From the NCBI RefSeq assembly GCF_009834535.1, contig NC_045720.1:32364001-32428000 (forward strand): a stretch of 64,000 nt of DNA, in the 5' to 3' direction. The stretch comes from Camelus ferus (Eukaryota). The notes under the pieces are model-generated. The model was not told where the DNA came from. It worked only from the letters and a program-made list of their open reading frames with translations, and ran no database searches. The translations under genes and the position numbers were made by a program. Position 1 is the stretch's first letter; each line of letters starts with the position of its first letter. Below are positions 35,877 through 47,757 of the stretch, in pieces.

Positions 35877-37090
35877 TGGTAGTTAGATTTTGAGGCTTTG
35901 TCAGGTTTAGGTTAGAGTTTTCAGCAGGACCACTTCACAGGTCTTACGGCCCCTCCATCCGGAAGTACAGATGTCTTGTTGCCTTTCTTTGGGGTGATAC
36001 TGACGGTGAGTCCCTAGGTCCCTTAGTTCACTTGGAGTTGCAGAATGGTGATGTTCTATTTCTGTCATTCATTCTTCATTTCTTAATTGGAACACTGTTT
36101 GGTTACACAGTGGTACAGCTTACACAGGAAGGTCAGGACAAATGCCGATTCTCTCTCTTTATCAGGATTCAAAATAATGAGCCAGTTCACCAGTATCTTC
36201 CAATAGCGACCAACACATTTTATTTTGCTTTACTATCTTTACAGACTCATGAAGTAACATATCTGATGTATTTAAATCCTTTGCCATTATGATTCGTATT
36301 GATGCTCAGTGGTTCCAACTTTGGTCAAGTTGAGGCCTGAGCCCCACTGACATGACTCTAGTCTTTGACGACTTCTCTGTTGTCTGGTATGACAAGATGT
36401 TCCAAGCTCCTCTTTTATTTCTCTGGCCCTAGAATTAGTCCTTTCTAAGATCCTTTCTAAGGACTAATTCTTTGTTCATATTGATACTTTATATTCAAAT
36501 TCATGACTATAGGATTTTTATTTAATCTCGTCTATCTAATTTATTGATTTCCTTCCTTCTGTCCATGCCAAGAATTCCAGTTCTCAACAAGGCTGGATAT
36601 AAGAGAATTTGAACATCACATATTAACCCATTTGCTTAACCCCAAGTTATACACACAACGACCTCAGATACTGAGATTTCATAACCCGAGACTTCAGAGA
36701 TTTTCTTATTAGTTTTTGTTTTTAACAGTTCCTTCTACCCCTAGACTGTGTCCCACGTGGGATGTCAGTCAAACTACTGTGTTTTAAGTCAGTTAGAGTA
36801 GTTCCTCTCTGGTGGTTATGCCACCATCTAGACATACATTTATGTTCATCTGTTTCCTTTCATTTTTTTAAGGATTGCTTTTTCTTAATTTAAGTATAAA
36901 TTATTTAAATATTTATAGGACCCCAAAGTGAAATCTACCAAACCAGGCACATCTAAAGAAGCCTAGTTTGTGTTCGTTTCTTCTCTACCTCATCTCCTCC
37001 CTCTCTCATAGGTAGGTATTATTATTTTTATTTTATGGTTATCCTTGTGTTGTTTTAAACTATAATCACATGTATTTTAAAAATGTAAGC
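35877..37090 (-). mobile_element. Old L1MC4/5-type 3' end, right part
   Basis: TGGTAGTTAGATTTTGAGGC..., TTGATGCTCAGTGGTTCC..., GTCTGGTATGACAAGATGTTCCAAGCTC. Confidence 0.6.
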
Positions 37091-38005
37091 AAATGTATTT
37101 TTATACTGGATTCTCATGTAAGCCTAAATATATATATCCCAGAGCTTATGACAGATTTCTAGAAATAGGGCTGCTAGATATAGGAAATATAGATTGATAA
37201 GCAGAAGACAAGAGGTTTTATTTCATTATCCCCTTCATTATTTCTCTTCTCTCTGGTACCTTTCTCTACACCAACAGTCTCCAGGCTCCCCCCTCTACAT
37301 GTGCTCTTTTTATCATACAGAGCTCTCTAGGGGTCACCCCCTCCTCCCTCTAACACTCCTGACCCCCTCAACCCCCCAACTCAGCAAAGACTAGGGTATC
37401 AGGACACTACCATTGGAAGCCACTGGGAAAATCAATCAATCAATAAGTAAACAAACAAAAAATATATATTTCAACAGGATATATCATATATTTCAAACAC
37501 ATTTTTGATCTTTAAGATGTACAACCGCAAAACTCAAATTGTAAGACTCATGTAAATACCAGGTGGAGAGAGATAAACCCCTCTCCCGTTTAAATCTTCT
37601 GTGTTCAGCCCATTGACATCTGCGGCCTTGGCTTATACAGAGAAAAAGTTATTTGTAAAAAAAAGTCTAGTTGATTGGGAAGTAAGAATATGGTCCTTTA
37701 AACAAACTCCATAGAAAGAAACCCAGTTGAGAGTGACCACCCACATCAGCAGGTCTCAGCGCTGAGCCCTCTTGGGAAGCTCCCTCGGGCTGAGCTAGCC
37801 TGCTTGCCAGCCTCACTATGAATTACTTGCTCGTCTCAATTTCAGGGCTGCAGACACTCACTTCCCGCATTTGGAATGTCTTCTGTTTCCGTCCACTGCT
37901 GTCGTCAGGCTTAGCACTCAGAACGTGGCTTAGCACTCACGTTCTCCAGGGAGCTTATCTGACCAACTATTAGCATCCTTTCTGTACCCCACATGCCTTA
38001 AATTT

Positions 38006-38189
38006 AGGATTGCTAGATTTAGAAAATAATAACACAGGATGCCCAGTTAACTTGAATTTCAGATAAATAATGAATACTTTTTCCCTCCTCTTTTTAGCAT
38101 GGGACATGCTTATATGAAAAACGATTTGTTATTTATAAAATTAAAATTTTAACTCAGGGAGGGGGTCTTGCAATTTTATCTGGCAACTC
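38006..38189. mobile_element. MER53 palindromic hAT MITE
   Basis: AGGATTGCTAGATTTAG...ACAGGATGCCCAGTTAA...GGGACATGCTTATA...TTTTATCTGGCAAC. Confidence 0.85.
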
Positions 38190-39766
38190 AAGTGTGAAGG
38201 TCTTGAAAAACAATCTCCAAACATTGTTACACTTGATTATTGCTTTCAAAATTTGCTTGCTTTCAAAATTTTCCTTGAGTTACTTTATGTGTATGTTTTT
38301 ATCTCTAAGTAGATTACAGAATCCTTGAAGGTGAAAACTGTGTCTTCTGTTTGGAGCTCACTTCTCCACTCCCTTCTTCCCCCTGTGCTGGTCATCACTT
38401 CTGAGCTAATGTTTGGTGAATGAATAAATCCTCAAAGTGAGCTGTGTTTTTGATTAAAGAGAGAAATCTTTTGATTTAAACATAAAAGTACTATAAAACC
38501 AACTTGAAAAGTATTTTTAAGCCAATCTAAATTTCTAAGGTTGATTTAGAATAAAATCAGAAATTATTATTATTACTATTATTTATTTTTAATGATCTAC
38601 ATTCTGAGATTGTTACCAATGAACTTACGAACAATTATTTAACATATTTATAAAAGTTGGGTAAAGTTGTGAGTTCTTTGTGTGAGCAGACGTTATTTTC
38701 ATGTACAGTGTCTTCTCCTTACACGGTTGTACCATTATCTTACCTGCAATATATATTTATGTTAGTTAAATTTGGTAGCTGCTTCTTGCTTCACTAAAGA
38801 CATTGTAGTAACAGCTGGTTCCAATCACTTTAATCACTGAGCCAATGCAAGAAATTGCCTCATGTGGAAATCAGTGTCTGCCTGTCATCCTCTCAGCGTC
38901 AGCAATGCTTGGACCTTTTTGAATCAGCAGAGGGAGCCAACTTCAGTTTTGATTTCTCTCTGCGGAGAATTGGCTGACTTCTCCTTCCAAAGCTATAAAT
39001 GTAGAGGCTACCATCTGAAGGCCATTTATTTGTTCTTAGCATCAAGGATGAGGACAGAAGTGAAAAAGCTAACTGAGATAACGTCATAAGCAGTAGTAAG
39101 TTTATGTTGGTAATTGAGGTGCAGTTAAAGCTAATGCCATGAGTAACAGTAATGAAAGCAGTTTAATTTGCTGTTAATTCTCTCTACAAAACGTTCTGGT
39201 GAATGTCAGGATTTTTGACACTTTAATCTTGGTTTCTGAAGGAGCTGGTAGAGTTGTAAAGAAAGAATCTGAGGGGAGGCGGCTGAGGAATGTTTCATTG
39301 CTGGGATGCGGGGTACAGAGCAAACAAAGAAAAAAGGAGGAGGGGTCTTAGGGTTAGGTGGGTGGGTGGAACAGGAGAGGAGCTCTTTTCTCTAAAAGGA
39401 ACGAAAAGGGAAAGGGTGGTATTAAAAAACCCAAAACCCTAAAACCAACCAACCGACCAACCAACAAAACACAGAGAGTGGCTTAACGCTCACATTATGC
39501 CAGTCACACTGTGACTGGAGGGAACCTAAGTTTTGTGAACAAGGAGTCCTTGGGCTTTGCAGGAAGAGGAAGCAGGCACAGGACTGGAGGAAGCCTTCTT
39601 AGTCCTGGAGGGCTGGTGGGGGCAGTGGGTGGGGGTGGAGGTGGTGGAGGCCGGCTTGGGGGAAACAGCACAGCCCAGCCAGAGCAGGAAGCAGTGCTGG
39701 CTGCCGCTCTGGACCAGCCTGTGCTTGGGGGGAGCCTGGCAATAATCAAGAATTAAGGGCAGGTTC

Positions 39767-39848
39767 AGAAGGTGGTTATAGCTCAGTGGTGGAGTGCCTG
39801 CTTAGCATGCATGATGTCCTGGGTACCTCTCTTTGGAAAAAAAAAAAA
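39767..39848 (+). mobile_element. Vic-1-type SINE lacking most of the B-box
   Basis: TATAGCTCAGTGGTGGAGTGCCTGCTTAGCATGCATGATGTCCTGGGT|ACCTC plus poly-A. Confidence 0.85.
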
Positions 39849-40249
39849 GGAAGGGTGGATATGAAGAAGTGTTCAAAACAAGTACTGGTGAGGTGAGAGA
39901 TGGACTCAAGTTCCTTTAAAAGAAAGGAAAGTTATTAGAGAGGTACATTATAGACTGTATTTTAAAAAAGCAATTTTTTTTGTTATGAAATAAAAATTGA
40001 AAAAATTATTTTTTTTCCTAGAAATCTGGTTTGGAAGGTTAGAGTTACAGATCTCCATGTATCTGAGCATGTAGAGCCATTGTCAGAATTTTTTCCTGAA
40101 ATTACTAAGAACTTTAATTAAAATACTGTCTGCAATCTCATCACCCCAACATTAGACTCATTGATACATTTTGATATGCTTTGTTCTGGAAAATGCATGT
40201 GTCCACATACAGATATATTGTATGTTAAAAAAAATGGTATCACATTGTA

Positions 40250-40480
40250 TGTAATAATGGTAGCTAATACCTGCTGAGAGCTTAGTATATGCTAAGCACT
40301 GTTGGCAGAGCTTTCCTGGTACCACTGCATTTAATCCTTATTACCTTCCCCAATCCTGATGAGGTAGTAATATCATTCCTATTTTGTAAATGATGCCCAG
40401 AGAGGTTAAGAAACTTGCTTAAAGTCACACAGTTAATTGTTGGTATTTGACCACTGACCATCTATCTGACTCCAGAGGCT
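40250..40480 (-). mobile_element. MIR SINE
   Basis: CCTATTTTGTAAATGATGCCCAGAGAGGTTAAGAAACTTGCTTAAAGTCACACAG. Confidence 0.8.
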
Positions 40481-40861
40481 TTTAATTATAACAAATTATC
40501 TTCCATAACAGTATTGGGTAATCTGCTTTGTTTTCACTTAAAAAAACATAAACTGGATATCCTTCCATGTCAATACAGAACTTCATCACTAATCAGGTAC
40601 TATGTTGTATGTACTCAATCCTTCACTGATGGACAGTTTTGGTGGTTTCACATTTTTTGCTATTGTATAGATACATCTTTGTTCATTTATTCTATTATTT
40701 TAGTAATTTAGTCCTAAAAGTGGTATTTATAGGTTAATTTTGTTTTGGTAACATTGTGAAATCATTTTGAGAAAGAATTTCAATGAACATTCCACCAGCT
40801 TTGAGTTCTGCAGGCTTTGCATGGGAACCCTGAAGTTGGACTCACATGTCAGAGACTCCCT

Positions 40862-40896
40862 GTTGCCACCCAGTGGCAGTATCTCTAAATTGCAGT
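40862..40896 (-). promoter_or_regulatory. Candidate CTCF site with upstream motif
   Basis: Minus strand CTGCAA-TTTAGAGATACT-GCCACTGGGTGGCAAC; core matches CCASYAGRKGGCRS at 12/14. Confidence 0.4.
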
Positions 40897-41955
40897 GGCA
40901 TCAGCCTGAGATCACTCAAGAAAGCTTCAGGGAAGGCTGTTGAGAAAAATGTCCTCAGTTTTTCACTATTTTAAATAATACGGTAATGATTAAATTTTAT
41001 TCATGTTTAAAATCGCTTCCTTAGGGAATAGAGTCATAGAAATTCTATACATTGTCAAAAGGTATAAACATTAATTTTTGGTCTTATAAATGTAATATGT
41101 ATTATAAATATAATAAATAATGAAAATTACGTTAAATTATAAGAAAAAATAAAGCAAGCTGTCATTTCATCAGCTAGCAAAACCACTTTTTAGGGAGCAT
41201 TCAGGTAAATTTTATTTTAATATTTTTAAAAACAAAATTAGTATTATAGGTACATACACTTTCATAGCCTGCCTTTTTTTTAAGGTTATTTTTTGGGGGG
41301 TGGTGGTTATATCTTAGTGATCTGTCTTCCTCTTGGGGCCCTTAAGAGCAAGAACTTTGCCTTATTTACTGTTGTGTTATTAACACCTACAACAGTGCTC
41401 GGAACATACTGGTTGACCAAGCAAGTTTTGCAAGAGCTGTAATTAGTGTGTGTCTTTTTCTTTCCACTTTTTCCCTCCCCATTTTTATGAGGTTATGTCT
41501 TCCAGGCTATGCAACTCTTGATCCCACCTTAAGGGGAAATAGTTTGAATGTTTTCGTTTGCTGATTATTTTAGGCTATCCTTTTCTCTGTTCTCCCACCT
41601 CCTCCTCCTTTTCTCTTACTGCTTTCTGTAGTCAGGTGGCGTGAGAGACAAAAGGAACTCCCAGATGAGTGTAATTAGAAAACTTGCTGTGAGAGAGAAG
41701 AGGGCAGCCTGGTGACTCAGTGGGGAGAGCCCCGGGCTGGGGGTTCAACCAGTATGTCCTCGTGGTTGCCCCTTAACCAACCCCTTGGCTTCCTGGGGTG
41801 TGAAAGGAAAGGGGTGGCCTCTGGGGTCCTTTGCAGCCTGAAGAGTGTGGGAGTCTCTGATCCTAATGTCTGTGTGGGGGAGGGGGGGATGAGTGTTGTC
41901 TTGAACACAGAGGCAGATGGGTGAGGAATGAGGCACCAGCAGGGCAAGGGAGGGG

Positions 41956-42121
41956 CAGGGCTGGCGGCATGGGTGTGACCCCCGCTGTGGCACAGGCCCC
42001 CGCCATCATTGGTTTAACTTAAGTTCTGCTTTGGTCATCTTGAAAATTTTTAATAATTGTTGAGCAAGGGACCTCACATTTTCATTTTGCTATGGGTTCC
42101 ACAAATTATATAGGTGGACCG
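41956..42121 (+). mobile_element. MER45A hAT-Tip100 MITE
   Basis: CAGGGCTGG...CATGGGTGTGACC...CACAGGCCCC...TTGGTTTAA...CATTTTCATTTTGC...CAAATTAT. Confidence 0.8.
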
Positions 42122-42839
42122 GGGCAGGGAACAGGATGGAGGTGGGGAGACAGAAGACAAGACGGACATGGCATTGAAGGGAGGAAGAGCAGAATGTGAG
42201 AAGGAAGGGGCGTGGTACCTCCTACCTAGTGGCTGCCGCCCAGGTGTTGAGTCCCTGACGTCTCCCTCCAAATGCTCCACCCATCACCTGAATCCTGGGG
42301 TCCCTATCAGCCTCCTTCATGTCCCCCAGAGCCCCCAATTACCCATACTTCCCAGTAATACCGTTCTCCCCTTCACAGAAAATTATTATTAGGGAGCCTT
42401 CATTGAGAGTAGCCAGGTTTTTTTTCCTTGTGAATTCAGCAAATTTTCACCTTAATACACTAAATATTTTGACTTATAGGCTTATGTCTACCTTGCCCGA
42501 CACTGAAGAATCGGGAATTCAGAAAAAATCAAGTGTGTGGGCCTCGGCTGGGGGCCGCGTGGCCTCTCCTACCTGCTCAGGTGTTCTTTTGTCTTCCAGA
42601 CACAGGAAAGCTGGAGAGTACCCAAAGGCATCCTTCCAAGAGTTAGTGGCAGCTGGCTCTGCAGAGGGAGTGAGGCCGTGGTGGCTGGGGGCAGCAATCT
42701 GGAAGTGAAAGGAGGCCTGGAAAGACATAAAACATAATCTCTAAATGTAGTCAGTCATCTTTAACGGAATCCCAGACATTCAGCTCTCATAGTGGAATTG
42801 ACAGATTACATGTGGGCATGAAGGGTAAGGTTCCACGAG

Positions 42840-43030
42840 GTAACTTACTAAGTATTATTTATTTATCTTAAACAACATGCCAGGTGCTGTGATAAGAGCT
42901 TTAAATGTATTATTTCATATAATCCTTACACCCAGGGTGGTACATAGTTCCTGGTCTCCTTTTACAGATGAGGAAACTCAAATACAGAGATTAAAGCTAT
43001 GTATTATTTCTCAATGGTAGAATCAATATG
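42840..43030 (-). mobile_element. MIR SINE
   Basis: TTTTACAGATGAGGAAACTCA core. Confidence 0.8.
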
Positions 43031-44261
43031 CAGAGAGTTTTTTGAAAGTGGCCCTTAAAGGAAACACAGAAATAGCTAAATTCCCATTTACTCGATTCAT
43101 TCCTAGCCATAAACAAAATGACTTATTCAAGCCTTCGAAGTCCTATTCTGGCCGTTGGGTTTCCTCTGACATTATGTGCCCTGCCTGGGAGTCAGGGGCC
43201 TGGGGGCCACGCTTCCTAGACCTCTCGTCTTAGACTTCTCAGATTGCCCCATCCGAGACGTCCCATCTGTAAAAGGAACAGGTACAACAAGATGGTCTGT
43301 AATGGGAGAGCATGACCACATCTTTTCTAGCTGAAATCTAGCATTTCCTTCAGTCACAAATCCAGGCAACAAACCAGTTTATTAGCAGTATCTGAGGCTT
43401 GCTCATCACTACAAATCACAGGTATTTTTCATCTCATACTCTGATTGTTGTATGTATCTCTAAATATCGTTTATTCTCTCCCTGCTTTAGATTTACAGTC
43501 GTGATGAGACTCACGGCTGGATCCTGTTTTTAATATATATTTTTATAGCACACATTTTAAATATTTTGTTACTGTCATAAAACACATATAATCTGCCATT
43601 TAAAAATGTATACTTCAACGGCATTGATTGCATCCACATTGTTGTACAACTATCACCAGGTTTTAAAAATATTTTGATAGCTATCATTTAATGTAATAGG
43701 TTTCCTTGTGATTCCATTTGTTTATACACTGAAAGGCATTCATCTCAGAAGGGGTATATTAAGTGTATTAGCTTCACCAGTCTTCTAAAGGGCTCTGGGG
43801 CACAAAAAGGGTTAAAAATCCCTGGTCTGTAGGGTCTTTCCACTCTTAACAGCCTATGAGTATGATTCTAAACCAGTCAAACGTTCAGTTAATAAATGGG
43901 GGTTATGGCGTTTCTCTGCTCCCCCTACCTTTGGGGATCGCCACTTAAAGAGCTTTTGTCGGTGCTGTAGGATACGCAGCAGGGACTGGCCCTGCCTTCA
44001 GCACATCATTAACGGGAAGACCTTGGAGGCTCAGGGTCACCCGGGACAGGCAGGAGCCCTCCCTGAAAGCCTCCTGTGAATGTCGCTGTCAGGAGGGGCC
44101 CACCACTTCACCTCTGTGCCAGAATCTGGCCAGGGAGCCAGACTCCAGCAGGCATCTCTTCCCTGGGCCGCTCCCAGGGTGAACCCTGTTAGCGGGTGAG
44201 TGTGAATCATTCACCCAGTGGTATCAGACTTTGGTAGAGCTGGGAAGCTATTCGGTTCAGT

Positions 44262-45050
44262 CCTTTGTTCAATTATTTGTTCAGTCATTTAGTAAATATT
44301 TCCTGAGTGCTTATGTATGTGCCAGGATGCTTTAGGAAAAAAAAAAAGACAGAAGGTTTTACTCTAATGAAGCTTACGTTCTAGTAGAGAGGAGGGAAAG
44401 AATAGATAGCAACCAAAGTAAAAGAGTACATTATGTAACATATGGTGATGGTGAATTTGGGGAACAAAGGAAGTAGGAAAGGGGTACATGGAGAGCTGTT
44501 GGGAATGGGTTGTAATAATGGCTAGGGTGGCCAGGGAGGGCCTCATGGAGAAGGTGACGTTTGATTAAAGACTAGAGTGAAGTTGAGAGAGTGAGCAGGG
44601 CAGACATCTGAGGCCAGATATTCCAGGCAAAGGGAGCAGTGCAAAGGCCCTGAGGCAGGAGCAGACCTGGCATGTAAGCAACACCAAGGAGGCCAGTGGC
44701 TGGAACAGAGGAGTGAGGTAGAGATAGGTAAGGGATGACAGACTGGTTACAGGGGTCAGTTCCTGAAGGGCTTTTAGGGCATTGGGCTTTTACTTTGAGT
44801 AAGATGGGATGTTCCTGGAGGGCTTTCTGGTGCTGCAAATGACAATATCTGCTTTAAGTGTTTGCAGGATCAGTAGAGGGACAAGGTCTGAAAGCGCAGA
44901 GACTAGAAGAAGGCTGTTGCAACAATTCAGGAGAGGTGATGGTGGCTCAGACCAGGATCGTGATGGAGGAAGGGATAAGAAGTGGTCAGATTCTGCATCT
45001 ATTTAAAGGTAGAGCTAATGGGATTTGCTAATGGCTGCGATGCGGGATGT
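44262..45050 (-). mobile_element. L2a/b LINE 3' portion
   Basis: TTCAGTCATTTAGTAAATATTTCCTGAGTGCTTATGTATGTGCCAGG...GGAGAAGGTGACGTTTGA...AGTGCAAAGGCCCTGAGGCAGGA...AAGTGGTCAGATTCTG. Confidence 0.9.
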
Positions 45051-45149
45051 GAAAGAGGAAGAAAGGACGGAGAGAGTTACTTGATGGGAGTCTGCGTTAT
45101 GTCAGGCAAGGGTTAAAGCTCAGGGAGGCAACAGTGAAAGGAGCACAGT

Positions 45150-45420
45150 TCCTGTCTCTGAGCAGCTTGCAGCCCAGTGGGGAAAGGCAGAGAAACCCGA
45201 AGCTCTCATCACTCTCATAAGCTTGGGGGTGACTCCTTGGACGACCGTGACAAGTTACTGAATGTTCCCACGTCTCTTATCCTCATCCGTAAAATGTCAG
45301 TAACAGTGCCTATAATGGGCTGCTGTGCTGAATAAAGGCAGTAAGACATGCAGAGCACTTCGCACAGCGCCTGGGACATAGTGAGTGCTCAGTAAACGCT
45401 GGCCGCTGAGCAGCATCATT
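45150..45420 (+). mobile_element. MIR SINE
   Basis: GACCGTGACAAGTTACTGAA...CCTCATCCGTAAAATG...GTGAGTGCTCAGTAAACG. Confidence 0.75.
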
Positions 45421-46232
45421 GCACCTTAGCAATCTCTGGGCATAAATTTTATTTGATGCCTAAAGGGCAACTGTATTTCTGAATTATAACCGCTTGGTTG
45501 GAATTTTATCAGCTGAACAGTAATTTCTTGCCTCTTGTTAGCTGCTGGAGTCAATAAGCTAAAGTAGGAGGAGCTTCTGAAAGGAGAACTGACATTTTTA
45601 TCGCAGTTCAAGTAGACGGGGGGTGTGGAAGGATGCTGGAAAAAATCATAGGGACATGTTTTACTTTCATGAGATTTAGAACAAAACCATAAGCAGCACA
45701 TGCAATTTATATTATCAGTTAAAAGAGAATTCATGCCATAAGGGTCTCCCTTTCATCTGTTCTGCTTAGAACTCCTTGCCTGTATTATTTCCAAGGGTTC
45801 AGACATCTGGATTTGAGAGTGCAGGGAATTATCTATTGATTTCTTTGGCAAAGAGGAGCTGGATTTTTATAAATGTTAGTTTAAGTAGAGTGTATGATGA
45901 TTGACTGATCACCGTCTTTGAAAGACATAGTTGTGTCCACCCGAATGTGATCACAGCAGAGCCTGGTTTTCTGTTCACAGAGCTACTGAGGTTACCAGAG
46001 GCCCAGGGCTGTAAGGGTTCTCATTTCCTACTTCTGCAAGCCAAAAGATCAGCTGACAAATATCAAAGCACCTGGCATAGTCCTTTCTGCCTATGGTCAG
46101 CTCTTAGTTACTTCCTGGATGAATGAATGGGGTTGGGGAGGGCTAAGGGCTGACTTAGGCAGGAACAGACACAAATCTGTGTTAGAGAAAAATAATGACA
46201 TTATTTTAAGCCTTAAAAATTAAAAAAAAAAA

Positions 46233-46372
46233 TAGAAGTATAGTTAATTTACAGTGTTGTGTTAGTTTCTGGTGTACAGCAAAGTGATTCAGTTACACAC
46301 ATACATATATATATTCTTTTTCAGATTCTTTTCCATTATAGGTTATTATAAGATATTGAATATAGTTCCCTG
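46233..46372 (-). mobile_element. Short camelid L1 3'UTR fragment
   Basis: GAAGTATAGTTAATTTACAGTGTTGTG...TTATAAGATATTGAATATAGTTCCCTG. Confidence 0.85.
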
Positions 46373-47143
46373 ACTACACTGTGCATTTTAAGAACAAGGT
46401 GCTTTTTTACCAAGTGCTTTCACTGACTTACGCCCCGTGATCCTGACACCTGTTTAGTGAGCGGCCCAGTGGACATCACGAACCCCATTTTACAGCAGAG
46501 GCAGTTGAAACCCGATCACTCACTCCAGGTCGTCCTCCGAGAAAGTAGTGAGTCTCCCGAATCCTAATGGGAGGCCCTGCCACCACCATGAAGCTGCTTT
46601 ATGCAAATGGGACACCAACACTTGGATTCTGAAATTCCAACCCTGCTTGAAACAAGGCTTACAAAGCACTTGGTGGTCTACCGTCCTGAGATTAGGTGTG
46701 ACCCACACTTCTTCTCCTCCTGCTGTAGCTTCTTACCTGTTCTCACTTGGTGCCCAGAGTCTCGGCCTCTCTGCCGAGCGTGAGTCCAGTTCCTCACTAT
46801 GGGGAGCAGGACGGGCACTCTTGAGCCCTGAGTTCTTGGCCTCGGCATCAAGTCACCTGCTGGTGGCTCTGCCCTGACCCTGGTGGCCCTGTATTTGAGG
46901 GCAGGTTTTGGTCCTAGGTAACCCAGTCTTGGGACCCTGATTTTTAGCAGTTGGGTCCATTTTTTTGTCAACTACCCACCTCCTTCATGGCTGTCTCTGC
47001 TCCTGACACATTGATCTGCTGGGTTTTGATGTTTCCTGTGTTTCTCACGCCTTGTCTTTGAGTGTAGCTGCTCAGGATCCCTTCTCCAGGATCTGTGGAT
47101 ACCTTACATCTGCCCCCCAGGCGTGAAGGACCCTGGGCACCAA

Positions 47144-47176
47144 CCATGGCTCTGCCATGGCTCTGCCACGGCTCTG
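47144..47176. repeat. 11-bp tandem repeat CCAYGGCTCTG x3
   Basis: Units at 47144, 47155 and 47166. Confidence 0.95.
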
Positions 47177-47574
47177 GACTTTGTGACTCCCACAGTCTCA
47201 GAAATCCTCCCCACCTGACTGAGAGCAGGTGAGGTCTCCCTGTACCCTCCATCACTCCGGCACAGAGCAACTTGGGCTAGAGCCAGTGCATCTGAGGTCA
47301 GTCACCAGTGCCCTGCTGAGCTGTACTGGGGCCCGAGGCAAAGGAGAAATGTGGGTTCCCACATACACTTACCAAAATGTCCTCCCATATTTGGAATAGT
47401 CCCCAGACATGACGATATACATACGCATACATGTTGCTCCATCTGTGGGTGTGTCATTGTCAACTCTCATAAACCCACCCGGCAGGGGACACTACAGGAG
47501 GGACATGGGAAGAGAGGACTGATGGGGAATGACTGTTCGCATTGCACAGTGATGCAAAGTCATAAAGCAAACAG

Positions 47575-47757
47575 CCTGTCTTTATTAACATGTTTGCTAT
47601 TTTGCTCACCATGGTGTTTTGGGCATTAATTTTGGTCTTTAAAATTTTGCATTAAAATGTTATTTATGTTGATTTATAATGAGCTTTGCAGGGGCATCGC
47701 CTTTAAGTTTGTGCCTTGGGCAAGAGCTTCACTTGCTTCATCCTCATCCCAGCCTGT
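47575..47757 (-). mobile_element. hAT-Tip100 family MITE fragment (MER91/MER96-like)
   Basis: TTTAAGTTTGTGCCTTGGGCAAGAGCTTCACTTGCTTCATCCTCATCCCAGCC terminal motif. Confidence 0.5.

Noticed and set aside
35301-35893. Overlapping 107-176-aa ORFs
   Set aside because: GC-rich L1 5'UTR-like sequence is stop-poor in several frames; no recognisable protein.
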